64,000 bases of DNA from Leptospirales bacterium (GTDB taxonomy: Bacteria > Spirochaetota > Leptospiria > Turneriellales > JAOUFE01). The notes below the pieces were generated by a model. It worked only from the letters and a program-made list of their open reading frames with translations. It made no database searches and was not told where the DNA came from. Shown piece after piece: positions 1-9,718 of the stretch (positions are counted from its first letter, which is position 1; every line of letters begins with the position of its first letter). Position numbers and translations under genes: made by a program. The stretch covers positions 9,725 to 73,724 of the forward strand of contig JBEQLE010000003.1 of the NCBI GenBank assembly GCA_040326155.1, written 5' to 3'.

Positions 1-2
1 AA

Positions 3-1559
3 GGCGAACTCTATGAAAAAACCCTGTTACTGGAAGAAGCTTACAAAATTACCGACAAGAGCCTTGTAAAGAAAATTACCCCTGAGGCGATACGAAAAAA
101 AATGGCAATAGTGCTTTTGGAAAATCTGACTCCGAAAGATCTCTCGATACTTGCTGATTACTACCTGCATTTTCATAAATTTATTATAAAAGAAAACACG
201 AAGCGGTTTTATAATGATGGGGAAAAAACTGCCCATATTACCGGCTATATTGGACCGCCCAATAAAAAAGATATTGCAGCCGGAATACGCAGCTACCAGC
301 TCGTTGGAAAAAACGGCCTGGAAAAGTATTATGATTCTATTTTACGCGGTCAAGACGGGGAAATTGTTCAGATTACTACAGCGACGGGAAATTTCGAAGA
401 ACAAAAGATTTTTCGAAGTTTTGTTCCCGGAAACAATCTTGTTTTAACGGTAGATGAAGATTTACAAAAAGCTGCCTGGAAGAGTATTCAAGGTCGTAAA
501 GGGGCCATTATGGTTTTAAAACCCGCCACAGGAGAAATTTTGGCGCTGGTCAGCCAACCCGATTATAATCCCAATACTTTATTATCTGACGTCCCGGGTG
601 AGCGAAAAAAACATCTAGCTTATATTCGATCCAGCTACGCCGAAATTAATCGCGCTATTTCCGCAAAGTTTCCGCCGGCATCTACATTTAAACCACTTGT
701 GGCCATAGCCGGTATGGAAGAAAAATTCGTTTCATCCGATTTAACTTTTTATTGCCCCGGTAAATTCGTAATGAAAAGTTCTTATTCTCATTTACCCGAT
801 TCGACTTTTCATTGTTGGAAAACCCACCGCAAGAATAATTTAATAACAGCAATTAGAGATAGTTGCTCCGTATACTTTTACCGCCTTGGTTTACGAATTG
901 GCGCAGAACCTATAATGAATTATTCACGTCATTTTAAGCTGAATGAAGTTACCAATATAGACTTGCCAGGAGAAATTGCCGGTTTTGTTCCTTCCAAAGA
1001 ATGGAAACAGAGTGAATTTCATCAGGGGTGGTATGACGGCGATACTGTGAACTTAAGCATTGGCCAGGGCTTTATTGAGACAACGCTTATTGGAATGGTC
1101 AATTTTTACGCTGCTATCGCTTCGGGTGGCATTGTATATAAACCCCATCTGGTGAAAGAAATTCGTTTTGCAGAAAATGATCAGATAAAAGAAAGTATTA
1201 TACCGCAAGTTTTATATGAACTTCCACATTCGAAATTAACGATGGACACCATACGAGAAGGCTTACGTCAAGTGGTATCGAAAGGAACAGCAAGGTGGGT
1301 TTTAAATCGTCCCTATTTAATGCCCATAGCAGGAAAAACAGGAACCGTACAAACTCGTTCGTTTGACCGGCACGCCAACAAAACCCAGCACGCATGGTTT
1401 ATTGGTTATGGGCCATACAATGGCGATATTAACAAAACGATCGTTGTTGGTGTATTTATAGAACAAGGAGTTTCCGGGTCTGTCGGGGCTGCGCCAATTG
1501 CACATGATATATTCAAAGTGTGGAGCAATAAACTAAAGGGAAATTTACCGCTGGACTAA
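3..1559 (+). CDS. mrdA: penicillin-binding protein 2 (elongasome transpeptidase), 5'-truncated by window edge
   Basis: The reading frame is open from nt 3 up to the listed ATG at 102, so the N-terminus lies outside the window. Transpeptidase motifs STFK (PPASTFKP) and KTGT (AGKTGTVQ). rodA follows after 1 nt. Confidence 0.9.
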   Translation, partial: GELYEKTLLLEEAYKITDKSLVKKITPEAIRKKMAIVLLENLTPKDLSILADYYLHFHKFIIKENTKRFYNDGEKTAHITGYIGPPNKKDIAAGIRSYQLVGKNGLEKYYDSILRGQDGEIVQITTATGNFEEQKIFRSFVPGNNLVLTVDEDLQKAAWKSIQGRKGAIMVLKPATGEILALVSQPDYNPNTLLSDVPGERKKHLAYIRSSYAEINRAISAKFPPASTFKPLVAIAGMEEKFVSSDLTFYCPGKFVMKSSYSHLPDSTFHCWKTHRKNNLITAIRDSCSVYFYRLGLRIGAEPIMNYSRHFKLNEVTNIDLPGEIAGFVPSKEWKQSEFHQGWYDGDTVNLSIGQGFIETTLIGMVNFYAAIASGGIVYKPHLVKEIRFAENDQIKESIIPQVLYELPHSKLTMDTIREGLRQVVSKGTARWVLNRPYLMPIAGKTGTVQTRSFDRHANKTQHAWFIGYGPYNGDINKTIVVGVFIEQGVSGSVGAAPIAHDIFKVWSNKLKGNLPLD

Positions 1560-1560
1560 A

Positions 1561-3084
1561 ATGAATCCGATACGAATAGACTGGACCATAGTAATCTTTT
1601 CCATTACGGCAACTTTGTTTGGCGCGCTATCCTTATATGGCGGCGGTGGGTTTGGAGAAACTCTTGCCATTAAACATTTAATCTGGTTAGTACTCGGAAT
1701 TATATTAATGTTCCTGTTTACCTTTGTGAGTTATCAGTTAATTGGTTCTTATGCTCTTATTATATTTGGCGTAGCGCTGTTTTTATTGGTCATTACATTA
1801 ATACCGGGAATTGGCGCAAAAATAAAAGGAGCTCGTTCCTGGATTCGTTTTTTTGGCATGGGTTTTCAGCCGGCAGAGTTAATGAAAATTGCAATGGTAA
1901 TTATGCTGGCAAAGTATTTAACGCTGAAAGAAAACCAGATTGCCCATATTAAAGAATTGTTTTTACCTTTTTTACTGACTATTATTCCGATGACCTTAAT
2001 TGCGATTCAACCTGACCTCGGTTACGCCGTCATGATGTTACCTCTTTCTTTTATACTATTGTTTCTAGGGGGAGCCAATGTGCCTATTCTGGCTGGACTG
2101 GTCGTAGTCGGTTTTTCCATTCTATTTGTACCTATGTTTCTGGAATATCACAAATATATTATTACCGGAGAAATAGTTAAACTATTAGAATTGGATCATT
2201 ATAATTTGTCTCATGCCATTAAGTCTTTAAGTTTTGAAGTATGGCGCTATGCCGAGAATGCTGCGAAGTATGCAAGCATGACCATCGGGACGACTGAAAC
2301 AGAAAAGGCCATAGTAACCTTGTTAAAAGGCGATAACTTGAAACTGTTTTTCGAAACTGCCGATACGGCAAGAGCTGCAAAAAGTAATTTTCTACGTGAT
2401 TTTTTTGCCAATGATCGCTTAATTATTCTACTATCGATATCGTCTTTTGTTATTTATGGAGTTTTGTTCTTTTTACAACGCTTTTATTTTCGCCAAAATG
2501 CAGCCAAGGTTGCCACTGTTGCATCCTTAATTCTTGCCCTGAGTTTATCACTATCGTTTTTATTCAGAAGTTTCGTCAGTTTTAAACCCCACCAGGTTGT
2601 TAGAATTGTTTCATTTGCAAACCCCAAAGAGTTTCCGCAAGGGGCTGGTTACCAACTCAACCACTCTTTAATAACAGTCGGCTCTGGAAAAATTACCGGG
2701 AAAGGTATTTTTCAAGGCGATATGACAAAAGGTGATGTTCCATTTTTACCAGAATGGTATAACGATTTTATTTTTCCCGTCATAGGCGAACAATTTGGTC
2801 TGGTTGGTACAGTCACCGCGCTTTTATTATTATTAGGTATCGTTATTCGTGGGGTCAGTATTGCATGGCAGTCCAAAGATAACTTCGGCGCTCTGCTTGC
2901 GGCCGGCATTACCTCGATATTCTTTTTACATATATTTATTAATATAGGAATTACCCTTGGCATGTTACCTGTGACCGGAATACCGCTGGTCTTTTTCAGC
3001 TATGGGGGTTCCAACCTGATCGTTAATTTTATAGCCCTCGGAATTTTAATGAATATTCATCGCAAGCGTTTGATTAACGTTTAG
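1561..3084 (+). CDS. rodA: SEDS-family peptidoglycan polymerase RodA (unusually long, 507 aa)
   Basis: Polytopic membrane protein. SEDS signatures GAGYQLNHSLITVGSGKITGKG and FLPEWYNDFIFPVIGEQFGLVG. Sits next to mrdA. Confidence 0.88.
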   Translation: MNPIRIDWTIVIFSITATLFGALSLYGGGGFGETLAIKHLIWLVLGIILMFLFTFVSYQLIGSYALIIFGVALFLLVITLIPGIGAKIKGARSWIRFFGMGFQPAELMKIAMVIMLAKYLTLKENQIAHIKELFLPFLLTIIPMTLIAIQPDLGYAVMMLPLSFILLFLGGANVPILAGLVVVGFSILFVPMFLEYHKYIITGEIVKLLELDHYNLSHAIKSLSFEVWRYAENAAKYASMTIGTTETEKAIVTLLKGDNLKLFFETADTARAAKSNFLRDFFANDRLIILLSISSFVIYGVLFFLQRFYFRQNAAKVATVASLILALSLSLSFLFRSFVSFKPHQVVRIVSFANPKEFPQGAGYQLNHSLITVGSGKITGKGIFQGDMTKGDVPFLPEWYNDFIFPVIGEQFGLVGTVTALLLLLGIVIRGVSIAWQSKDNFGALLAAGITSIFFLHIFINIGITLGMLPVTGIPLVFFSYGGSNLIVNFIALGILMNIHRKRLINV

Positions 3085-3094
3085 TTTTTCTACA

Positions 3095-3538
3095 TTAAAA
3101 CTTTTTTGAAAGACCCAGATTAATTCCCGGTCTATTGTTCAGGTTGTCAAAGTTTGTCGGTTCACGATTATTTTTGGCGTCCTTTATGGCGATTAAAAGA
3201 GTGAGGGTAACAGTAGATGCACCCATTGTAATAAGATACCAGGTCGGCAAGGCGCCCAGAGTAAAATCATATGTCGGATCGTAAATATAATAACCACTGC
3301 TGAAAACCAATATGTTCGCTAAAGCTATAAATGGCAGGGCTAAAAAAAACACAATCTCGCCTCGTCGAAAAGGCGTTTCCGTATATTCCGTGTCGTCATT
3401 TTCGGAACTATCGGAGACCTGTTGCGCATTCCATGTCTGCCAGGCCAGTGGTTCGGAATAGATTGGTAGTGTAAATCCCCATAGCAAAAACAATGTAATT
3501 AACTTTATTGCAAAACTATTTTTAATTGAACAGGTCAT
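3095..3538 (-). CDS. hypothetical membrane protein
   Basis: ATG start overlaps the ruvB stop by 17 nt. Has an N-terminal signal/TM segment plus 2 predicted TM helices. No recognisable motif. Confidence 0.55.
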   Translation of the reverse strand: MTCSIKNSFAIKLITLFLLWGFTLPIYSEPLAWQTWNAQQVSDSSENDDTEYTETPFRRGEIVFFLALPFIALANILVFSSGYYIYDPTYDFTLGALPTWYLITMGASTVTLTLLIAIKDAKNNREPTNFDNLNNRPGINLGLSKKF

Positions 3539-4550
3539 TTTCTACTCCAGGGGGTTGTATATGAATGTGCTCATATCCCTTATTAGTCAGCATGCGTCCT
3601 CTTGAGGTTCTTTGTATTAAATCGAGTCGAATCATAAATGGTTCCACAAAGTCTTCCAGAGTAATTAAATCTTCCGATAAAATTGCTGAGAGTGGTTTCA
3701 AACCGACAGGCCCACCTTTGTATTGTACGGCTAGAATACGCAGAAATTCGTTATCTAGAGCTGTTAACCCCAGTTTGTCGACTCGCATTTCCGTAAAACT
3801 ATGGTCCGTAATGCTCACATCGATCACTGTATTTTTTTCACCCTGAGACTCTTCTCCTACAATTGCATAGTCCCAGACCCGACGTAAAAGCCGCAGGGCA
3901 ATACGAGGGGTTCGCCGACTTCTTTGAGCAATTTCGTTTAAGGCGTCGGCATTAATAGAAATACGCCACTTCTTTGCGGCATTGCTGATTATTTTTGCTA
4001 TATCTTCTATATTATAAAAGTCCAGTCGCAAGTGAATTCCAAACCGGTCTCGCAAAGGTGACGAAAGATTTCCCGGCTTCGTAGTCGCCCCGACCAGAGT
4101 AAAAGGAGGAATATCGATTGTAACGGTAGTCGCCCCGAGACCCTCGGCAAGTGTAATATCAATTTGCCTGTCTTCCAGAGCGGGGTAAAGTATTTCTTCA
4201 ACCGGAGCCGGCAGACGATGTATTTCATCTAAAAAAAGTATATCATTTTCATTTAACGTAGATAAAATTTTGGCGAGGTCTCCGGGTCTTTTTAAATTTG
4301 GCGCCGACACCTGGTAAAATTGTCCCTCTTGCTTACCGGCAAGTATTTTTGCCAGAGTTGTTTTCCCGAGCCCCGGTGGCCCGGAAAATAAAATATGATC
4401 TAAAACTTCGTTTCGTAAAGAAGCAGCCTTTAGATAAACTTTTAAATTATCCACCGCTTCCCTTTGCCCAATAAATTCGTTAAAATCCGCAGGACGTATG
4501 GTAATATCTTCCGATGAATTTTTTTCTTTTCCGTAAATTTGAGATTCCAT
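3522..4550 (-). CDS. ruvB: Holliday junction branch migration helicase RuvB
   Basis: Walker A GPPGLGKTTLA, Walker B LFLDEIHRL, and the RTPRIALRLLRRV sensor region. 342 aa. Confidence 0.95.
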   Translation of the reverse strand: MESQIYGKEKNSSEDITIRPADFNEFIGQREAVDNLKVYLKAASLRNEVLDHILFSGPPGLGKTTLAKILAGKQEGQFYQVSAPNLKRPGDLAKILSTLNENDILFLDEIHRLPAPVEEILYPALEDRQIDITLAEGLGATTVTIDIPPFTLVGATTKPGNLSSPLRDRFGIHLRLDFYNIEDIAKIISNAAKKWRISINADALNEIAQRSRRTPRIALRLLRRVWDYAIVGEESQGEKNTVIDVSITDHSFTEMRVDKLGLTALDNEFLRILAVQYKGGPVGLKPLSAILSEDLITLEDFVEPFMIRLDLIQRTSRGRMLTNKGYEHIHIQPPGVENDLFN

Positions 4551-4558
4551 AATCTTAT

Positions 4559-4927
4559 CTATTTTTCCAGAACAACCATAGCCGTAGAATAATTGTCAGC
4601 ATGAGATATGCTACAGTGGATATTTTTAATTTGTAACGTATTGATTTTTTCTTTCATGTCTCCGAACACTACCGGGTCTTTTTTACCGGAACTGCCAACA
4701 AGTCCGATTTCTTTGTACGATGCGAAAGTGCCGAACCCAATGGCTTTTATAAAAGCTTCTTTTAGAGCGAAACGGGCAGCCAGGTGTGGCACCGGGTTAT
4801 TCTTTTTCATGCAGTATTCAATTTCTTCTGGAATAAATATTCGTGACAAAAAAGAATCTTCGTATTTTTCAAGAATCGATTTAATTCTGTAATTTTCACA
4901 AATGTCTACACCCAGGCCGAAGATCAT
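4559..4927 (-). CDS. acpS: holo-[acyl-carrier-protein] synthase
   Basis: 122 aa. N-terminal GLGVDICE motif typical of 4'-phosphopantetheinyl transferases. ATGA overlap with the pdxJ stop. Confidence 0.85.
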   Translation of the reverse strand: MIFGLGVDICENYRIKSILEKYEDSFLSRIFIPEEIEYCMKKNNPVPHLAARFALKEAFIKAIGFGTFASYKEIGLVGSSGKKDPVVFGDMKEKINTLQIKNIHCSISHADNYSTAMVVLEK

Positions 4928-5682
4928 GTATTCACCATTCTCAATAAAATATTTTTCATCTCATGTACGGCTTGCCGCATTCCAACTTTAAGAGCTTTGG
5001 AAATAATGGCGTGCCCTATATTCACTTCGCTTAGATTTTCAATATGTAATAAACTATAAATATTATGATAGTTTAATCCATGACCTGCATGAAACTCTAG
5101 ATGTTTTTCCTTGCAAAGTTTTCCGGCATAATGAATTTTTTTCAGTTCGTCTTCGTGCGCTTTGTTATGAAAAAAACTTCGAGCAAAATTACCGGTATGC
5201 GCTTCTATTCCGCGAACGCCCAGTTTCGCAGCATGTTCGACTGCTGTCTGGGTAGCTTCTGTAAAAAGGAAAACTTCAATGTCAACTTCTTTAAAAACCG
5301 GAAGACTTTCAGACAACAGATCATAGAGTTCCGTTGTATTTAGACCGCCTTCGGTAGTTAATTCTTCTCGTTTCTCTGGAACAATACAAACACTTTTTGG
5401 CTTTAACTTTAAAGCAATATCGATCATCTCTTGCGTAAGCGCCATCTCCATGTTAATTGGAATTTTCAGATGTTTATTTATATCGAATAAATCGTCGTCC
5501 ACGATATGGCGACGGTCTTCCCGCAGGTGCATCGTCAATGAGGCTGCTCCGCCTTCTTGCGCTTCAAGAGCCATGTCGATTAAAGATGGGTCTTTTTCAC
5601 CACGGGCATTTCTAAGCGTGGCAATGTGGTCGATATTTACTCCAAGCTTAATTTCTTTTATTTTATGATCAGTTTCCATCAT
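4924..5682 (-). CDS. pdxJ: pyridoxine 5'-phosphate synthase
   Basis: Hallmark LGVNIDHIATLRNARG and FHAGHGLNY. 252 aa. Confidence 0.93.
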   Translation of the reverse strand: MMETDHKIKEIKLGVNIDHIATLRNARGEKDPSLIDMALEAQEGGAASLTMHLREDRRHIVDDDLFDINKHLKIPINMEMALTQEMIDIALKLKPKSVCIVPEKREELTTEGGLNTTELYDLLSESLPVFKEVDIEVFLFTEATQTAVEHAAKLGVRGIEAHTGNFARSFFHNKAHEDELKKIHYAGKLCKEKHLEFHAGHGLNYHNIYSLLHIENLSEVNIGHAIISKALKVGMRQAVHEMKNILLRMVNT

Positions 5683-6700
5683 TTAATTCCCCATTATTAT
5701 CATTGTCATCAGGGTCGTTATTCTCTTCAGGTTCTTTTATATATTCCGGTTTTACGGAAAAACGCACGGTAAGGTAATTCGGCATTATTTCTATTATGTC
5801 AATAGCCTTCTTATTTGTCAGAATCCTAATGATTATATCGATTTCCGATTCTGTATCAAATGGCATTATGGCTCCCGTTTTGGGAATGAAACGCGTTCCC
5901 TCGAGATTTACATAGGCTTGAAAAGAATCAGCGCTCAATTTATTAATAACTTCAGGGTTACCCGTAACGCGAATTTTAATTTCAAGGCTGGATAAGCGAA
6001 CTTCTAATGCCGGGTCTAATCCTTCAACCTCGACTTTAATTCCCGAAATAGTTTTTTCACGAGTATTATCCTGAGTCGATATTGTAATCTGAACTTCAAC
6101 AGATTGATGATCAATAATTTTACTTTGCCTGGGTTTTATCAGAGCCTTTCGCACAACCAGAGACTTTTGTGCATTTTCCAGGTTTACCCATTCAGTTTGT
6201 ACATATTTGATTTCGCGTATTTTAGACTCAGGACCCTCAATTGTAATTGATTTAGGGGTAACCAGTGTTTTACCCTTCTTGAAACCTTCAGCGATTTCGC
6301 CCTGGACCATCACTTTAACGGGAACTATTTTTCTTACTGCTTTCTCTAAATCGATTTTTATCGCCTTCGCCATTGAGGTAATTTCAATTTTATCCGGTAT
6401 CTGTTCGGCAACAAATTTTACTTTATACTGTTTGCGTCCGGCTTCGGCGTCGCCAAGATACACGGAGGCTTTCAGGTTACCAGTGGGGAATTTTAAAGCT
6501 TCCTGACGCCCTCTGACACTGAGTTGCAGATAGCGAGGCGGGTCTTTTTTCCAGTAAAGGTTATCTGGTTTTTGCTCGTAAGTAATGGGAACAGGTATTG
6601 TAATGGTATTCATTTTAATATCGCGCACATAATACCATGTGATGATGGCAACAATAATGCTTACGAGTTTTATTTTCCAGTTTTCCGTAAACCAACTCAT
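5669..6700 (-). CDS. cdaR: YbbR/CdaR-like regulator of diadenylate cyclase
   Basis: N-terminal TM followed by about 300 aa of repetitive beta-rich sequence. ATGA-coupled immediately downstream of cdaA. The call rests mainly on context and architecture. Confidence 0.6.
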   Translation of the reverse strand: MSWFTENWKIKLVSIIVAIITWYYVRDIKMNTITIPVPITYEQKPDNLYWKKDPPRYLQLSVRGRQEALKFPTGNLKASVYLGDAEAGRKQYKVKFVAEQIPDKIEITSMAKAIKIDLEKAVRKIVPVKVMVQGEIAEGFKKGKTLVTPKSITIEGPESKIREIKYVQTEWVNLENAQKSLVVRKALIKPRQSKIIDHQSVEVQITISTQDNTREKTISGIKVEVEGLDPALEVRLSSLEIKIRVTGNPEVINKLSADSFQAYVNLEGTRFIPKTGAIMPFDTESEIDIIIRILTNKKAIDIIEIMPNYLTVRFSVKPEYIKEPEENNDPDDNDNNGELNDGN

Positions 6701-7500
6701 TTGTTCTTACCGCTCCCTGTTGGCGCAAATAAAGTATTCCACTCTTCAGATAATCGATCAGAGTTAAAAGCCATTAAAAGTGATTTCAATTTTACATGGT
6801 CAACCTTTTCTTTCATCTCACCCAAATAACAAGCTGTAATCCACCCTTTTTCTTCCGAAACAACCAGGGCCAGACAATCTGACTCTTCACTAATACCAAG
6901 CCCGGCTCTATGCCTTGCCCCATGGGTTTTTTTCAATTGATCTGAATTTGAGAGTGGCAGATATGTCGCTGCCGATAAAATTTGATTCCCTTCAATAATG
7001 ATGGCGCCATCGTGCAGTGGGTTTTGCCCGTAAAAAATGGAAACCAACAACTCTTTGGTTAGTTTTGCATCAATAGCAATACCCCCTTCTGAAATGTGCT
7101 TCAGACCGATTTTATTTACCAAAACAAACAAAGCTCCTGTTTTAACTTCTGATAATTGCATGCCAGCCTGGTAAATTTCATCAACCGGTACTTCCCGTGT
7201 CTGAAATAAAAGTCGGTACCATCGAGTTTGTCCAATTGTATAAAAAATACGCCGTAATTCGGGTTGTAAAATTACAATCATTGCAATTAAAATATACCCA
7301 GAGATGGATTCAAAAATCCAATTTACTGTCTCAAGTTGTAGTATACGGGAAATAACAGAAACGGTAAGTAATAACGCAAGACCAATAAAAACAGGTGTAG
7401 CGCGAGTATGCCGCAACAATCGAATAATTTGATAGGTGATAAAAGCTACGAGCAGAATATCAATTGCATTGCGAAAAAGGACGGTATAGCTTTCAACCAT
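6697..7500 (-). CDS. cdaA: membrane diadenylate cyclase CdaA (DisA_N/DAC domain)
   Basis: Three N-terminal TM helices. DAC motifs HDGAIII and GARHRAGLGISEESD. The listed start at 7521 is TTG, and the ATG at 7500 (MVESY...) is preferred. Confidence 0.88.
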   Translation of the reverse strand: MVESYTVLFRNAIDILLVAFITYQIIRLLRHTRATPVFIGLALLLTVSVISRILQLETVNWIFESISGYILIAMIVILQPELRRIFYTIGQTRWYRLLFQTREVPVDEIYQAGMQLSEVKTGALFVLVNKIGLKHISEGGIAIDAKLTKELLVSIFYGQNPLHDGAIIIEGNQILSAATYLPLSNSDQLKKTHGARHRAGLGISEESDCLALVVSEEKGWITACYLGEMKEKVDHVKLKSLLMAFNSDRLSEEWNTLFAPTGSGKNK

Positions 7501-8320
7501 TTTGATTTCCGTTTGCCTCAACGGCAGCTAAAATTCGTTTCATTTGAATTGCCGGGGTAACATCATGAACTCTCAATATATCGACGCCTTGTAAAGCTAA
7601 ATATGTATGGAAAACAAGAGTCGCGTCGCCTCGCTTTTCAACCTCTTGAATACCCAGTAAGTGTTCCATAAGTGACTTTCTGGAAACCCCGACAAGAAGT
7701 GGAAAACCCTCTTGTTTGAATCGTTCTACATTATTTAATAATATCAAGTTGTGTTCGAGAGTTTTACCAAAACCAATGCCAAAGTCCCAGATAATCTTTT
7801 TTTCATCTATGCCAAATTTCAAAGCTTTTTCTGTTCGTTGCTTCAAAAAGTCGATGGTTTCTGTGACAATATCTTTGTATTGAGGTTTTACCTGCATAAC
7901 CTCTGGAGTTCCTTTGGAGTGCATAAGCACAATACCGGCTTTGTGTTCTGAAACCGCCTGTAAAAGCCCATCTGATTCACCGGCTCGAATATCATTAATA
8001 AAGGATACCCCCCATTGCAATACTTTTCGCGCCACTTCCGCTTTATGCGTGTCCACAGAAATATTTTTTATTATTTCAGTACCATTTTTAGTCTGTGTAA
8101 GAGTTTCCAACGGGGCGAGTCTTTTCAACTCTTCTGTGACCGTAATCGGCGATGCAAAAGGACGACTGCTTTCGGCGCCGACATCAAGAATGTTCGCACC
8201 TTCGTGTAAATATTTGTTTGCAGTGTTTAAGAATAATTCGGGCTTAACTCTTGAATCGGGTACGAAAGAGTCAGATGTAAGGTTGATAACAGCCCAAATT
8301 TGTAAATTATTCGTTTTCAA
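7493..8320 (-). CDS. folP: dihydropteroate synthase
   Basis: INLTSDSF, DVGAESSRP and GIGFGKT motifs. TTG start overlaps the stop of the upstream OMP gene (TTGA). Confidence 0.9.
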   Translation of the reverse strand: MKTNNLQIWAVINLTSDSFVPDSRVKPELFLNTANKYLHEGANILDVGAESSRPFASPITVTEELKRLAPLETLTQTKNGTEIIKNISVDTHKAEVARKVLQWGVSFINDIRAGESDGLLQAVSEHKAGIVLMHSKGTPEVMQVKPQYKDIVTETIDFLKQRTEKALKFGIDEKKIIWDFGIGFGKTLEHNLILLNNVERFKQEGFPLLVGVSRKSLMEHLLGIQEVEKRGDATLVFHTYLALQGVDILRVHDVTPAIQMKRILAAVEANGNQNG

Positions 8321-9342
8321 AAGACAAAATTCAAGTCGACATAGTGTTGTAACCCAATTCTAAGAGGATCGCGATTAATGGAGTAGGCAAATTTTAAAAA
8401 GGGAAGCTCAAGACCAGCCCCGAAAGCCAGGTTACCATCTTGCAGTCCACCCATCAGAAATATATATTTCGCAAATAGAAAATGTACGCCAATTCGAGTT
8501 GTAGTGGGATTGTTCACATCGCCCATATTTTTGTTCACAGACATCATTATTTTAATGTTCGTGGTAGGGGGTGTAATTGCCAACGAAAGATCTAATTCGG
8601 TATCCATTTTTTCATAATTGCTTGAACCTACTGATCGTTGGTAAAGTCCAAATAGGTTTTTTGCGACAAATCCAATATTTATAATTGGTATCGGCGCAAT
8701 TTGAACTCCGAAGGAAAACCCTCCTCCATAAATACTCGCTGTACCAAGATATTCCTGCATAAAGTGGGCCGATAAACCCCACCTTAACGTTCCTGACTCT
8801 CGGGCATATCCAAGTATAATATCACCAAAACGATATGTTAATTGTCGTGTTGCAACTCCGCTTTCATCGTACCCCTGAATTCCATCAACAAGACTACCCA
8901 AAAATCCGATACCGACCGTCCCTTTAAACAGGGTCAAGCCAATTCCGCTATAGACAATTTTTCGATCCAGCGTCATCTGGCCATATGTGGAGAAAAATTG
9001 CATTTCGAAAGTTCGCTCACTGGTCTCGTCTTTTTTATTCTCGTCTTTTTCATCCCAGAAGCCTTCGGGCAATGGGTTGTCATCGGAATTGTCAAACGTA
9101 TCTTCGCTCTCTTTTTCAAGACTATTTTGACTGCTGTCTTCGCCGTTAATCTGGCTAAGTCCGGCAGGGTTGACTAAAAGTGAAGAAGGATCGGATACCA
9201 CCGCTCCATTTGCACCCCCCGAGCCGATATTTTCCGCTCCGTACGTTCCATAGAGAACTCGTCCAGCCGACTGAGCCTGAATTTCAGCCCATGAAGCCGT
9301 TGTGAGAAACAATATAATTAAATAAATTACTTTTTTTTGCAT
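8317..9342 (-). CDS. outer-membrane beta-barrel protein, PorV/FadL-like N-terminal signature
   Basis: Signal peptide (TTASWAEIQA). GSGGANGAVVSDPSSLLVNPAGL motif. Alternating beta-strand pattern and a C-terminal ...YVDLNFVF ending in Phe. Contains an acidic low-complexity insert. Confidence 0.65.
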   Translation of the reverse strand: MQKKVIYLIILFLTTASWAEIQAQSAGRVLYGTYGAENIGSGGANGAVVSDPSSLLVNPAGLSQINGEDSSQNSLEKESEDTFDNSDDNPLPEGFWDEKDENKKDETSERTFEMQFFSTYGQMTLDRKIVYSGIGLTLFKGTVGIGFLGSLVDGIQGYDESGVATRQLTYRFGDIILGYARESGTLRWGLSAHFMQEYLGTASIYGGGFSFGVQIAPIPIINIGFVAKNLFGLYQRSVGSSNYEKMDTELDLSLAITPPTTNIKIMMSVNKNMGDVNNPTTTRIGVHFLFAKYIFLMGGLQDGNLAFGAGLELPFLKFAYSINRDPLRIGLQHYVDLNFVF

Positions 9343-9346
9343 AAGG

Positions 9347-9718
9347 CTATTGAACCAATACTTTAACGTATTTTACCCCAATAGAGGAGTCAGGGTAAGT
9401 TTGTGTGAGTTGAATAAAATAGAGTCCGGGACTTACTCGAGTTCCCGAATTATTATGGCCACTCCATTTGATTACACTGTTTGTGACGGATGAACCACTG
9501 TATGCGAGATTTTCGTTGAAATCGTATACTTTGAAACGGACTGTACCGCTGAATGTTGCCGAATTAGCCGGTTTAATGGTCAAAGTGTGCTTGCCTGGGT
9601 GAAAAGGGTTGGGGTAGGCAATGACTTTCCCAATAGCTTTCGATTTTCCATAGGAATAATAGCCAAAAGAAATTAAAAATGCGATCAAGATACTGGAAAT
9701 TATTTTCCGCTGATTCAT
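9347..9718 (-). CDS. small secreted protein with FlgD-Ig/T9SS-C-terminal-domain-like beta-sandwich
   Basis: Signal peptide. YPNPFHPG ... SPGLYFIQL ... KYVKVLVQ pattern. The listed start at 9739 is GTG, and the ATG at 9718 (MNQRKII) is preferred. Confidence 0.55.
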   Translation of the reverse strand: MNQRKIISSILIAFLISFGYYSYGKSKAIGKVIAYPNPFHPGKHTLTIKPANSATFSGTVRFKVYDFNENLAYSGSSVTNSVIKWSGHNNSGTRVSPGLYFIQLTQTYPDSSIGVKYVKVLVQ

